Below the pieces are notes generated by a model that had not been told where the DNA came from, ran no database searches, and was given only the letters and a program-made list of their open reading frames with translations. Shown here one piece after another: positions 48,966-58,861 of a stretch of DNA of 64,000 nucleotides (position 1 is the stretch's first letter; each line of letters opens with the position of its first letter). A program made the position numbers and the translations under genes. The stretch covers positions 56,476 through 120,475 of the forward strand of contig JACQON010000028.1 in assembly GCA_016202545.1 (NCBI GenBank), written 5' to 3'. This DNA comes from Chloroflexota bacterium. GTDB lineage: Bacteria; Chloroflexota; Dehalococcoidia; Dehalococcoidales; JACQON01.

Positions 48966-50189
48966 TCAGGCGACCACGCCGAGCGCTTCCTCAAGTGACT
49001 GTAGGTTGGGCTGCACCGTGATGGGCTGGACTACGCTCGATAGTATCTCTTGAGTCCTTGGCCCGGCCCCGGTGATGAGGGCCACGGTAACCGCGTCTCT
49101 TTTGATTACCTCCGCGGCTGCCAGCTTCTTCAGTACGCCTATGACCACCCCGCCGGCTGCCTCGGCGAAGATGCCCTCGGTCTGGGCCAGCAGCTTGACA
49201 CCGGCGATGGCCTCCTCGTCGGTGACCGTGCCGGCCCCTCCGCCTGACTGCCTGGCTACTCTCAGGGCATAGTAGCCATCAGCGGGGTTGCCTATGGCAA
49301 TAGACCTGACCAGTGTATCGGGCTTCACCGGGTGTATGTGCTGGCTGCCAGCCAGGAAGGCGTTAGCTATCGGGGCGCTGCCGGCCGCCTGGCTCACGAA
49401 CAGGCGGGTATTGACCGGGTCGGTAAGGCCGAGCATGGAGAACTCATCCAGCGCTTTCCCTACCCTGGTGAAGAGAAGGCCGGAAGCGGCAGGGCAAACG
49501 ATGCAGTCCGGGGCACGCCATCCCAGTTGCTCGACCACCTCATACCCCAGCGTCTTGCTCCCTTCGGCATAATATGGCCTCAAGTTGATATTTATGAACC
49601 CCCATTTGTACCTCCGCGCCACCTCAGCGCAGAGGCGGTTGACGTCATCATAGTTCCCGTTTACCGAGACCAGCACCGGTTTGTAGATGGCTGCCCCGAT
49701 TAGTTTACCCGGTTCGACATCGGCGGGGACGAAGACATAGGCCTTCATATCCGCCTTGGCGGCGTGGGCGGCCGCGCTGGCAGCCAGGTTGCCGGTTGAG
49801 GCACAGGCTATGGTATCAAGCCCGAATTCCCTGGCCTTGGCGATGGCCACCGCCACTGCCCTGTCCTTGAACGAGTAGCTGGGGTTGAGGCAGTCGTTCT
49901 TGATGTAGAGCTGGTCCAGCCCCAGTTCGCGTCCCAGGTTGTCGGCTTTGACCAGCGGGGTCAGGCCGGCGCCGATGTCTACCGCTTCGCTTTCCACCGG
50001 CAGCAAGTCCCGGTATCGCCACATGCTGCGCGGCCCCCCGGCAATCTTGTCGCGGGTTACCGCTTTGGCCATGGCCTGATAGTCATAGGTGACCTCCAGC
50101 GGGCTGAGGCAGAAGTTGCACAAGCTCTGCGGCTGGAGTGGATATTCCTGTCCGCATTTGCGACAACGCAGTGCTGTGGCGAAAGACAT
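48966..50189 (-). CDS. thrC: Threonine synthase-like PLP enzyme
   Basis: N-terminal CxxC..CxxC, 'SFKDR', 'ASTGN'. Confidence 0.85.
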   Translation of the reverse strand: MSFATALRCRKCGQEYPLQPQSLCNFCLSPLEVTYDYQAMAKAVTRDKIAGGPRSMWRYRDLLPVESEAVDIGAGLTPLVKADNLGRELGLDQLYIKNDCLNPSYSFKDRAVAVAIAKAREFGLDTIACASTGNLAASAAAHAAKADMKAYVFVPADVEPGKLIGAAIYKPVLVSVNGNYDDVNRLCAEVARRYKWGFININLRPYYAEGSKTLGYEVVEQLGWRAPDCIVCPAASGLLFTRVGKALDEFSMLGLTDPVNTRLFVSQAAGSAPIANAFLAGSQHIHPVKPDTLVRSIAIGNPADGYYALRVARQSGGGAGTVTDEEAIAGVKLLAQTEGIFAEAAGGVVIGVLKKLAAAEVIKRDAVTVALITGAGPRTQEILSSVVQPITVQPNLQSLEEALGVVA

Positions 50190-50201
50190 ATCTGTGCTCC
50201 T

Positions 50202-51344
50202 TCAGCTAGGCTGTAGCGCCTGCCGAATATCATCAATCAGGTCATCAACGTTTTCCAGGCCGATGGACAGCCTGACAAGGGCATCGGTGATGCCGACTTT
50301 TTCCCTGAACTCCCTGGGCATGGAGGCATGGCTCATGGTTGCCGGATGCTCGGCGAGAGAGGCGGCGCCGCCCAGTGACTCCGCCAGGGCGAATATCTGC
50401 ATTTTCTTCAGAAAGCTGTTGACTGCCTGGAGTCCACCCTTTAGTTCAAAGGAGACCATGCCGCCAAAGCCCTTCATCTGCCTTCTGGCGATATCGTGTC
50501 CTGGATGGGAGCTAAGTCCGGGATAGTATACCCTGGTCACCGCCGGCTGCTGGCTGAGATAGTCGGCTACGGCGGCGGCGTTCTGCTCGTGCTGCCTCAT
50601 CCTCAGCGGCAGGGTCTCGATGCCTCGAAGCACCAGCCAGCAGTCGAAGGGCGAGGCACAGGTGCCCATGGCGTTGAGCAGGAAGTGCACCTGTCCGGCG
50701 AACTTCTCCGTGGTCACCACAGCTCCGCCAACCACATCACAGTGGCCGTTCAGGTACTTGGTGGTGGAATGGACAACCAGGTCAACCCCGTATTCGAGGG
50801 GCTTCAGTAAATAGGGGGTGGCGAAGGTATTGTCCATGGCCGTTATCAGGTTGTGCCGTTTGGCGATGTCAACCGCCATCTCGATGTCAACGATGTTCAG
50901 CAGCGGGTTGGACGGGGTTTCCAGCCACAGCATCCTGGTGTTCGGCTTTATCGCCTGCTCGATGGCCCGCCTGCTATTCATCCTGATAAAGGTGAACTCC
51001 AGGCCGAGATTAGACATCACGTTCTGGAACAGCCGGTAGGTTCCCCCGTATACATCGTCGCCGCAGACCACATGGTCGCCAGCCTTAAGCAGGTGGATGA
51101 CCGTGGTCTCTGCCGCCATGCCGGTGCCGAAGGCGAACCCCGCCTTTCCCCCCTCAAGCTGGGCGATGGTATCCTCCAGTACCTTGCGGGTGGGGTTGGC
51201 GGTGCGGGAGTAATCGTAGCCGCCTCTTGGCTTGCCCACGTCCTCGAAAGCAAAGGTGGAGGTCTGGTAGATGGGCACAGATATGGCGCCGAACCTTCGC
51301 TCCGGCCTCTCCCCGGCATGGATGGCCAACGTCTCAAATCTCAT
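50202..51344 (-). CDS. Cystathionine gamma-synthase/lyase family enzyme
   Basis: 'YSRTANPT', 'ETPSNP', 'DNTF', 'HSTTKY', 'ESLGG'. Confidence 0.92.
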   Translation of the reverse strand: MRFETLAIHAGERPERRFGAISVPIYQTSTFAFEDVGKPRGGYDYSRTANPTRKVLEDTIAQLEGGKAGFAFGTGMAAETTVIHLLKAGDHVVCGDDVYGGTYRLFQNVMSNLGLEFTFIRMNSRRAIEQAIKPNTRMLWLETPSNPLLNIVDIEMAVDIAKRHNLITAMDNTFATPYLLKPLEYGVDLVVHSTTKYLNGHCDVVGGAVVTTEKFAGQVHFLLNAMGTCASPFDCWLVLRGIETLPLRMRQHEQNAAAVADYLSQQPAVTRVYYPGLSSHPGHDIARRQMKGFGGMVSFELKGGLQAVNSFLKKMQIFALAESLGGAASLAEHPATMSHASMPREFREKVGITDALVRLSIGLENVDDLIDDIRQALQPS

Positions 51345-52057
51345 ATGCCGCCTCCTTGGCTGAACTCTCTTTCAATTCTCCTCCTCCGGGCTTTTGAGTA
51401 GTCTCTGTGGACCGCCATTCCCGTTGAGCTCTCAAGCTTGGCCAGCCGCTTCTCAAGCTCATCCTGGTTCTTCAGAACGACCCGTATGGCTTCTGCTATG
51501 GGGTCGGGCAGTTGGCCGTGGTCCAGCTCAGCAAAGTGCTGATGACGGTCTTCTATTGACCGCCCCGGTACTCCGATAACGGTGGCTTCGGGCGGGACTG
51601 ACTTTATCACCACCGAGCCGGAACCAATCCTGGCTCCGTCACCTATGGTGATGGCACCCAGAGCTATTGCCCCGGCCCCGATTACCACGTTGTTGCCCAC
51701 AGTGGGGTGCCGTTTCTTCTTTTCCATGCTCGTGCCGCCAAGCACAGCTCCCTGGTACATCAGGACTCCGTCGCCTATCTCAGCGGTCTCGCCGATAACT
51801 ATCCCCGCACCGTGGTCGATGAAGAACCGCCTGCCGACCCTGGCGCCGGGGTGAATTTCGATATTGGTCAAGAACCGGTTGGTATGGGAGACGAGCCGGG
51901 CCAGAAACGGGAGCTTGTGCCGCCACAGGTAATGGGCCAGCCGGTGGAACCAGAGAGCGTGTAATCCTGGGTAGCAGAAGAGCACTTCGGCTACGCTTCT
52001 GGCGGCCGGGTCCCTGGCAAATACAGTCTGGATATCTTCCTTTATGTGCTTGAACAA
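51341..52057 (-). CDS. cysE: Serine O-acetyltransferase
   Basis: 'RDPAA', 'IEIHPGA', 'FIDHG', 'KRHPT'. Confidence 0.95.
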   Translation of the reverse strand: MFKHIKEDIQTVFARDPAARSVAEVLFCYPGLHALWFHRLAHYLWRHKLPFLARLVSHTNRFLTNIEIHPGARVGRRFFIDHGAGIVIGETAEIGDGVLMYQGAVLGGTSMEKKKRHPTVGNNVVIGAGAIALGAITIGDGARIGSGSVVIKSVPPEATVIGVPGRSIEDRHQHFAELDHGQLPDPIAEAIRVVLKNQDELEKRLAKLESSTGMAVHRDYSKARRRRIEREFSQGGGI

Positions 52058-52094
52058 GGCGGGTGTCCTTTTCCCTCTCTAATATACCCTAAAC

Positions 52095-53108
52095 CTATAT
52101 GCCTTGGGTAGTCTGATAAAGCCCCTGGAAAATCCAGGTGGAGAGATAGCGCTCGCCGGTATCCGGTAGAACGACTACTATGAGCTTGTCCTTGTTTTCC
52201 GGCCTCCTGGCCACCTGCATCGCCGCCCAGGTGGCTGCGCCCGAAGATATACCGGCCAGTATGCCCTCTTCCCTGGCCAGCCTCCTGGTCATTATGCCGG
52301 CGTCTTCATTGGTAACCTTGATGATTTCATCAATCAGGTCTAGCCTCAGCACATCGGGAACAAAGCCGGCGCCGATGCCTTGAATCTTATGGGGTCCCGC
52401 CTTCCCGCCAGAAAGCACCGGCGAATCAGCCGGCTCGACGGCGATGGCTTTGAACTTCGGCTTCTTCTTTTTTATCACTTCGGCTACGCCGGTGATAGTG
52501 CCACCGGTGCCCACCCCGGCGACCAGGATATCAACCCTGCCTTCGGTGTCCCTCCAAATTTCCTCGGCGGTGGTTATCCGGTGTACCTCCGGGTTGGCCG
52601 GGTTTTTAAACTGCTGGGGGATGAAGTAGTTGGGATTTTCCGCCGCCAGTTGCTCCGCCCTCCGCACCGCTCCGGGCATGCCTTCGGCTCCCGGGGTCAG
52701 CACCAGCTCGGCGCCAAAGATGGACAGGAGCTGCCTCCGCTCCAGGGACATGGTGTCCGGCATGGTGAGGATGAGACGGTATCCACGGGCGGCGCAGACG
52801 AAGGCAAGGGCGATGCCGGTGTTGCCGCTGGTGGGCTCAACGATGACGGTGTCCCTGGTGATAAGGCCCTTCTCTTCGGCATCCAGTATCATTGAAGCCC
52901 CTATCCTGTCCTTTACGCTCCCCAGCGGGTTGAAGGACTCAAGCTTGGCGACTACCTCCGCTTTCGCCCCGTCATTCACCCGGTTCAACCTCACCAGGGG
53001 CGTATTCCCCACCAGCTCGGTGGAGTCCGAGGCTATGCCCCTGGTCAGCTTCGGTATTTGTATCCCCTTGTATAGCAGCTTCCCCACACCTTGCTTTGTT
53101 TCTGGCAT
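52095..53108 (-). CDS. cysK: Cysteine synthase A
   Basis: 'SVKDRI', 'PTSGNTG', 'GTGGT', 'ERYLST'. Confidence 0.96.
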   Translation of the reverse strand: MPETKQGVGKLLYKGIQIPKLTRGIASDSTELVGNTPLVRLNRVNDGAKAEVVAKLESFNPLGSVKDRIGASMILDAEEKGLITRDTVIVEPTSGNTGIALAFVCAARGYRLILTMPDTMSLERRQLLSIFGAELVLTPGAEGMPGAVRRAEQLAAENPNYFIPQQFKNPANPEVHRITTAEEIWRDTEGRVDILVAGVGTGGTITGVAEVIKKKKPKFKAIAVEPADSPVLSGGKAGPHKIQGIGAGFVPDVLRLDLIDEIIKVTNEDAGIMTRRLAREEGILAGISSGAATWAAMQVARRPENKDKLIVVVLPDTGERYLSTWIFQGLYQTTQGI

Positions 53109-53157
53109 GTCACACTTCCTCTCTTCATTTTTAATATTACGCTCTGCCACGGCAGGG

Positions 53158-54174
53158 CTATGTGCCGATATATTTGGCGTACAGCCCCCGCGCCAGCGGT
53201 AAATCATTGGTATTCTTGACGATAGCTCGCCCGTCAGGGAAAACCACCATTTCATGGTTGTCCACTTTCACCTGCAGCATAAAATCGTTGTAGCTGACCT
53301 TCGCCACTGGCTTAAGGCGCGCTGCCAGCTCCGGGAAAGAGACTCCACCCGCGCTCGTATTCAATACCTGCACTGCGTTCTGGCCGCACAGTGAAACTGC
53401 CTTCAGGCCGGCCTTGCCGTTGAGAAACTGGTATTTGCCCTGGCAGGCGGGGCAATCAGGGTGAGAGCTGATGCTGATGCGGACAAAAGTCCCTTCCCAG
53501 ACATCAACACAGATTAAGTCCCGGTTGATGCTCCGCCTAGCCCCGACCAGGAGCTTCAGCGCTTCGGCGGTCTGCAGCGAGCCGACAACGAAGGGCGCCG
53601 GGCTGATAACCCCTGCCGTGTCACAGGTCAGGATTGCCCCGCTCGCCTCGCTGGCGGAGATAGAGATACAGCGAAAGCAGGGGGTGTCATGGGGAATTAC
53701 GGTCATGGTCATGCCGGAGGAGGAAATGGCACTGCCGTATACCCACGGGATGCCCAGCTTCAAGCAGGCGTCGTTGACCAGGCCGCGGGTCTCCAGGTTG
53801 TCCAGGCCGTCCATGACCACATCGGCGCCGCTGATAAGTCCTTCCACATTGGTGTAGTTGACATCGGCGACTATTCCTTCGATTTCTATTGAGGAGTTCA
53901 CCTTCTTCAGGTGCCGCTCGGCAGCCGTGGCTTTGGGCAATTCATGCCTGATATCGTCCTCGTCAAAGAGGACCTGCCGTTGCAGATTATGGTACTCGAT
54001 GAAGTCACGGTCTATGATTCTAACCTTGCCTGCGCCGGCACGTACCAGGGCAGTGGCGATGACGGTTCCCAGCGCCCCGCAGCCAACGATAACGGCGAAG
54101 CTGTTGGCCAGCTTTGCCTGTCCCTCTTCGCCGATGCCGGGGAAAATAAGCTGCCTCGAATATCTGTCAATCAT
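53158..54174 (-). CDS. ThiF/MoeB-family adenylyltransferase
   Basis: 'RYSRQ', GCGALG, 'NLQRQ', CFRC/CPAC. Confidence 0.92.
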   Translation of the reverse strand: MIDRYSRQLIFPGIGEEGQAKLANSFAVIVGCGALGTVIATALVRAGAGKVRIIDRDFIEYHNLQRQVLFDEDDIRHELPKATAAERHLKKVNSSIEIEGIVADVNYTNVEGLISGADVVMDGLDNLETRGLVNDACLKLGIPWVYGSAISSSGMTMTVIPHDTPCFRCISISASEASGAILTCDTAGVISPAPFVVGSLQTAEALKLLVGARRSINRDLICVDVWEGTFVRISISSHPDCPACQGKYQFLNGKAGLKAVSLCGQNAVQVLNTSAGGVSFPELAARLKPVAKVSYNDFMLQVKVDNHEMVVFPDGRAIVKNTNDLPLARGLYAKYIGT

Positions 54175-54215
54175 GGTTGGGACGCCCTCCACTATCTTCA
54201 GGAAGGGAGGAAGGT

Positions 54216-54659
54216 CTAAATGTAGTACATCGCCTCGCCGAGCCGCTCTTTGGTCTTGTGTCGCTCAATCAGGTCCTGGAGGGTGGTCGACTCCAGGACT
54301 CCAACGACGGCCTCTTTAAGCTCGGTCCAGACATCCCTGGTGACACATAGCCGGGAGCGGTTGCACACTCCCGGATTGTTAACGCACTCCACGGGGGCGA
54401 TAGGACCTTCAAGCAACTGGATGACTTCATTTAGCCTTATTTCCCGGGGAGACCTGGCCAGTGAGACCCCTCCCCTGGCGCCACGGGTGCTCCGCACCAG
54501 CCTTCCGGCGATGAGGGGAGTAATCAGGCGTTCCAGGTAGGACAATGGAATTTGCTGCCTTCGGGAGATAGCCTTTAATAGCACCGGGCCTTCTCCTTGA
54601 TGAAGGCCCAGGTCAAGGAGTATCCTGGTTCCATATTGTCCCCTGGTGGAAAGCTTCAT
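54216..54659 (-). CDS. Rrf2-family regulator (IscR-like, three Cys)
   Basis: 'MKLSTRGQYG', 'RGARGG', C-x6-C-x5-C. Confidence 0.92.
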   Translation of the reverse strand: MKLSTRGQYGTRILLDLGLHQGEGPVLLKAISRRQQIPLSYLERLITPLIAGRLVRSTRGARGGVSLARSPREIRLNEVIQLLEGPIAPVECVNNPGVCNRSRLCVTRDVWTELKEAVVGVLESTTLQDLIERHKTKERLGEAMYYI

Positions 54660-54672
54660 CGCCTTTTGACTT

Positions 54673-54724
54673 TTCTTGACTAAGACTATCAGTTTACTAT
54701 ACAATGCGATGTGGTTATTGTCAA
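54673..54724 (-). promoter_or_regulatory. sigma70 promoter with an overlapping IscR/Rrf2-like operator
   Basis: Minus strand TTGACA-17 bp-TATAGT, then AAACTGATAGTCTTAGTCAAGAA, an imperfect palindrome resembling the IscR type-1 box. Confidence 0.7.
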
Positions 54725-54779
54725 CATGTCCGCTTATCAGCCACCCCTCCCTGCGAGCCGATAAAAGGCAGGCCGGGCT

Positions 54780-55925
54780 ATGAAAATAACACGCTACGGC
54801 GGCTACCTCCAGGCGATTGTCAACAGCCTCGACGATGAAGTGCTGGTCATTGATAGGGACCACCGCATTCTGCTGGCCAATGAGGCGGTATTGGCAGGTC
54901 AGGGAAAAAGCGCGGCGGAAATCATAGGAAAAGGTTGCTATCTTTGCCACGGCCTGACGGCGCCCTGCCGCTCACCCCGTCACAGGTGTCCTGCCGGGTC
55001 AGTATGGCGGACGGGCAAACCGGCGCGGGTCACCCATCTGCATGTGCACCATGTCAATGGCGAGCGGCAGGAGCGATACTTTGATATTGTCTTATCCCCG
55101 ATTCGCGATGGCTGTGGCAAAGTCACTGCGCTGGCGGAGCTTATGTGCGATGTCACCGGGGTGAAGGAACTGGAGTCAAAGCTGGCCGGGTTGGACCGGG
55201 AGATGCAGCGACAGGATGCCGTCCGCGGTGAGCTACTGCGTGAGGTGCTTTCCATCCAGGAGGAGGAAAGAAGACGGATTGCCAGAGAGCTTCACGATGA
55301 GACCAGCCAGATGCTTGCCAGCCTGACAGTTAACGTTGAAGCCGTGATTGCCATGCTGCCCGCCAGTGCTGACGAAGCCAGGGCCAGGTTGAGGAAAGTG
55401 GCGCAGCAGTCAGTCCGGATGCTTGACGAGATAACCAGGGTCATTTATGAACTGCGTCCCACCTTGCTTGATGACCTCGGGCTGGTGGCGGCGGCGCGGT
55501 GGCTGGTGGACAACAAACTGACCCCGGCTGGCATTGCCGTTAGCTTCAATATAGTGGGGCGGGAGAGGAGATTGCCCTCCGACCTGGAGGCGGGCCTGTT
55601 CAGAGTCATTCAGGAGGCGGTCGGCAATATCGCCAGGCACGCCGGGGCCCGAAATGCCTTCATCGCCTTTCATTTCAAGAGAAACGCCATCAGGGTCGGT
55701 ATCAGAGACGACGGGAGGGGCTTTGATGTTGAAGAGGCCATAACTTCAAAGGACAGGCCGCGGGGGCTGGGCCTGGTGGGCATGAAGGAAAGGGCGGAAC
55801 TTATGAACGGCAGCTTGAGCCTTCGCTCATATCCCGGCCGTGGCACAGAAATCGATATCGAAGTCCCTACACGCTGTGAAAAGGCCTCCCGCCGTCTCAA
55901 AAAGGATGTAAAGGCTAAAGCCTGA
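54780..55925 (+). CDS. PAS-domain sensor histidine kinase (HisKA_3)
   Basis: 'ERRRIARELHDE', 'QEAVGNIARHA', 'DDGRGF', 'GLGLVGM.ER'. Confidence 0.92.
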   Translation: MKITRYGGYLQAIVNSLDDEVLVIDRDHRILLANEAVLAGQGKSAAEIIGKGCYLCHGLTAPCRSPRHRCPAGSVWRTGKPARVTHLHVHHVNGERQERYFDIVLSPIRDGCGKVTALAELMCDVTGVKELESKLAGLDREMQRQDAVRGELLREVLSIQEEERRRIARELHDETSQMLASLTVNVEAVIAMLPASADEARARLRKVAQQSVRMLDEITRVIYELRPTLLDDLGLVAAARWLVDNKLTPAGIAVSFNIVGRERRLPSDLEAGLFRVIQEAVGNIARHAGARNAFIAFHFKRNAIRVGIRDDGRGFDVEEAITSKDRPRGLGLVGMKERAELMNGSLSLRSYPGRGTEIDIEVPTRCEKASRRLKKDVKAKA

Positions 55926-55948
55926 AGTCATAAGCCAGGAGGTCTAAA

Positions 55949-56182
55949 ATGTGGTTCGGAGGTATGGGCTGGTGGATGCTGTTGGCAGGCATCTTGACGG
56001 TGCTGTTCTGGGGCGGGCTTATCGTGCTCATTGTGTGGGCAGTGAAAAGGATGACGGAGCGTGGAAGCCCCGGAATAGGTGGCGGCGAAAGTCGCCGGGC
56101 GCTGGACATCGCCAGGGAGCGCTACGCCAGGGGTGAAATCTCCAGAGAGGAGTTCGAGCAGCTCAAGAAAGACCTCTCCTGA
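55949..56182 (+). CDS. SHOCT-domain membrane protein
   Basis: TM helix plus 'ERYARGEISREEFE'. Confidence 0.88.
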   Translation: MWFGGMGWWMLLAGILTVLFWGGLIVLIVWAVKRMTERGSPGIGGGESRRALDIARERYARGEISREEFEQLKKDLS

Positions 56183-56185
56183 GCC

Positions 56186-56818
56186 GTGGCGATGGACATC
56201 AACAAGGCCACCGAGGCTGCCAGAAGACGGTATGACCGGATTGCCCCGTTGTATGACATCATGGTGGGCCTGGTCGAGAAGCGCTTCCGTAAATGGCGGC
56301 AGATGATGTGGAGCAAGGTGGAGGGCAGGCATATCCTTGAGGTTGGCGTTGGCACGGGCAAAAACCTGCCTTACTATCCGTCCCATGCTGAAGTGGTCGC
56401 CGTTGACTTCAGCGGCGGGATGTTGAAGCGCGCCCGCAGCCTGGCTGCCAGGGGTAAGGCCAGTGTCAGCTTGCGGCAGATGGATATACAGAAGCTTGAG
56501 TTTGAGGACAACGCCTTTGACACCGTGGCGGCCTCATTTGTCTTTTGCTCCGTTCCCGACCCCGTCCGTGGCCTGATGGAGATTGAGCGGGTGTGCAAAC
56601 CCGGAGGCAAGGTGGTCCTGCTGGAGCACGTCATCAGCGCCAACCCCGTCCTTGCCTGGCTGATGAACCTGGTCAATCCGGTGGCGGTGTGGTTTGGCGG
56701 TGAGAACATAAACCGGCGCACCGCGGACAATGTAAGGAAAAGCGGACTGGTGGTAGAGCGGGTCACCGACCTTGCCGGCGGCATAGTCAAGCTGATTGAG
56801 GCCAGAAAAAAGCGGTAG
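56186..56818 (+). CDS. Class I SAM-dependent methyltransferase
   Basis: 'ILEVGVGTG', 'FCSVPDP', 'KPGG'. Confidence 0.9.
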   Translation: MAMDINKATEAARRRYDRIAPLYDIMVGLVEKRFRKWRQMMWSKVEGRHILEVGVGTGKNLPYYPSHAEVVAVDFSGGMLKRARSLAARGKASVSLRQMDIQKLEFEDNAFDTVAASFVFCSVPDPVRGLMEIERVCKPGGKVVLLEHVISANPVLAWLMNLVNPVAVWFGGENINRRTADNVRKSGLVVERVTDLAGGIVKLIEARKKR

Positions 56819-56829
56819 CCAATCTCCGT

Positions 56830-57070
56830 GAGGGTGTTTAATGACTACTTGGCAGATGACTCCGTATGTCATAGCTACGAAATAAGATATTTTGGTGAAC
56901 CCATCCCCCTTTGTCCCCTTTCCTTTGGGGAATTGGTGAAGGGAAGGGGGAGTCAGTATAAAGAGGGGGCGAAGCCCCCTCTTTCCAAATCTCCCCTTCT
57001 CCTGCTCAGGAGAAGGGGACAAAGGGGATGAGGTCACACTTGCAATGACAGAGTGTTACTAAATGGTCTC
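56830..57070. mobile_element. MITE with an 8-bp target-site duplication, carrying a family B hairpin cassette
   Basis: ATCTCCGT at 56822-56829 and 57071-57078; imperfect TIRs GAGGGTGTTTAATGAC / GTTACTAAATGGTCTC. Confidence 0.82.
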
Positions 57071-57186
57071 ATCTCCGTGCGGCTTGACAAAAACCCGGCT
57101 GGCGGCTTAAAGTTCCATTACAGGTGTACTATCAGGTAGTGGTGGGGAGGCGGAAGACTGAAGTCCGAGAAAGGGGAGAGCCAGAC

Positions 57187-58377
57187 ATGGCAGACTTGCG
57201 GGTAAAATTCGCCGGCGTGGAGTTTAAGAACCCCATAGTGGCTTCGGCGGGGCATATAACCCACAGCCCTTACACTATGAAAAGGTGCATTGAGGCCGGA
57301 GTCGGCGCCATATGCACCAAGAGCATCAGCGTTGACGCCGAGTCGTGGAAGAGGCCGCACCCGGCCAACTGGTTCCTGGACAAGCAGGGCGACCCTGGCA
57401 GCGTGCTGACCTGCGAGGTGGGGTTCTGGCCGCCGGAGCTGGCCGTGCAGTATATACAGGAGATGAGACCGCTGGCCGATGAAGAAAACGTCAGGCTCAT
57501 CGCCAATATCGATGTGCCGCCTTTCACCGAAGACGAGCTTGCCGGAGTAGCCCGAAGATTGGAGGAAGCGGGAGCCGACATGATTGAGGCCACCTGTCCC
57601 TGTCCTATCATGATGCCCAGCAGGGAAGACGTTAATGCATGGTACAGGGAGCAGGTCTCCAGGTTCCTGAAGGCTTTGAAGCGGGCAGTGAGCATCCCGG
57701 TGTTCCCCAAGATGTCTTCGGAGTTTCTCACCGATGAGAATATCAAGATTATCGAAGACTCCGGCGCCGACGCCCACTGTTTCTGGGTGGGGTTGCCGGG
57801 TACCGCTGTTGACGTGGAGACGGGAAGGCCGGTGATGCCCTCTACCAGCCTGTATTTCGGCCGGGCCCTCAAAGGATTGGGCTGCTACATGTCCTCTATG
57901 CTGGCGATAAAAGGCAATTTGCCTATAATGAGCAGCGGCGGCATCTCCACGTGGAGAGATGCCGTGGAAAGCCTGATGTGCGGCACTACGCTGGTCGGCG
58001 TCCAGACGGCGGTGATGTACCGCGGCTACAAAGTGCTTGTGGACATGACCAGGGGACTGGGCAGCTTCATGGACAGCAAGGGCTACCGGCGGGTGGATGA
58101 TATAATCGGCATCGCCGCCCGCCACATAGAGAACAGCGCCGAGTTCGAGCAGTTTGTCAGCCAGAAGCAGGTCGACAGGGAAGCGGTAATGATAACCGTT
58201 GACCCGGTATTATGCAACGGCTGCGGTAGATGTCTCACCTGCTGTCACGGTGCAATTACCATGGAAGAGGGCCTCGCCCGGATAGACCTGGAGCGCTGCG
58301 AGCGCTGCGGCATATGCCAGTCAATCTGCCCGGTGAGGGCGATAGCCATCGGGGCGATTGAAGAGGTGCGGCGTTAG
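57187..58377 (+). CDS. PreA/dihydroorotate-dehydrogenase-like FMN enzyme with C-terminal 2x[4Fe-4S]
   Basis: 'FKNPIVASAG', 'TKS', 'CPCP', 'PKM', 'SSGGI', two CxxCxxCxxxC motifs. Confidence 0.82.
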   Translation: MADLRVKFAGVEFKNPIVASAGHITHSPYTMKRCIEAGVGAICTKSISVDAESWKRPHPANWFLDKQGDPGSVLTCEVGFWPPELAVQYIQEMRPLADEENVRLIANIDVPPFTEDELAGVARRLEEAGADMIEATCPCPIMMPSREDVNAWYREQVSRFLKALKRAVSIPVFPKMSSEFLTDENIKIIEDSGADAHCFWVGLPGTAVDVETGRPVMPSTSLYFGRALKGLGCYMSSMLAIKGNLPIMSSGGISTWRDAVESLMCGTTLVGVQTAVMYRGYKVLVDMTRGLGSFMDSKGYRRVDDIIGIAARHIENSAEFEQFVSQKQVDREAVMITVDPVLCNGCGRCLTCCHGAITMEEGLARIDLERCERCGICQSICPVRAIAIGAIEEVRR

Positions 58378-58501
58378 CGATGCGGCAATCTCCGCAGTCA
58401 AGATGTGAAACTCGAAATCTCAGATTATACGAGGCTGTCCCGCCTGGCCAAATGACGGCGGGGTTTGCCGGCCTCGCCTTACGGAAAGGAGGCAGGGGAA
58501 T

Positions 58502-58816
58502 ATGGCAGAGCAGCACCGGGTTATCTATGAAGTGGAGGAGGTGAGAGGAAGCTGCCCGGTCTACAAGGTTGGTGACAAGGTGGTAATAGACTCCAGGCAT
58601 CCGGTGGAAGTACTGAACCTTGAAAAAACTGACGCGCTGTGCATGAGGATAATCGACAATATGTGGTCGCAGAAGGTGTGGCAGGCGGGGGGCAATGCCA
58701 CCGTGGAGCATCTCACCGGCATATCCGGCGAATGCCGCATAGGGTGCTCCATGCCGGGCAAGCCATATACGCCCTGCGGATTCATCATCTTCAAAATCAG
58801 AAGAGAAAAACTATAG
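58502..58816 (+). CDS. TIGR04076-like Cys protein
   Basis: 'VEEVRGSCPVYKVGD', conserved Cys, C-terminal 'IIFKIRR'; strong RBS. Confidence 0.7.
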   Translation: MAEQHRVIYEVEEVRGSCPVYKVGDKVVIDSRHPVEVLNLEKTDALCMRIIDNMWSQKVWQAGGNATVEHLTGISGECRIGCSMPGKPYTPCGFIIFKIRREKL

Positions 58817-58861
58817 CTGCTGGCCGTGGGCTATCAGCTATAGCAGCGGAGGTGAGAGACA

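Noticed and set aside
54216-54950. 244-aa Rrf2 ORF
   Set aside because: The extension overlaps the promoter and the opposite-strand kinase; the real start is MKLSTRG at 54659
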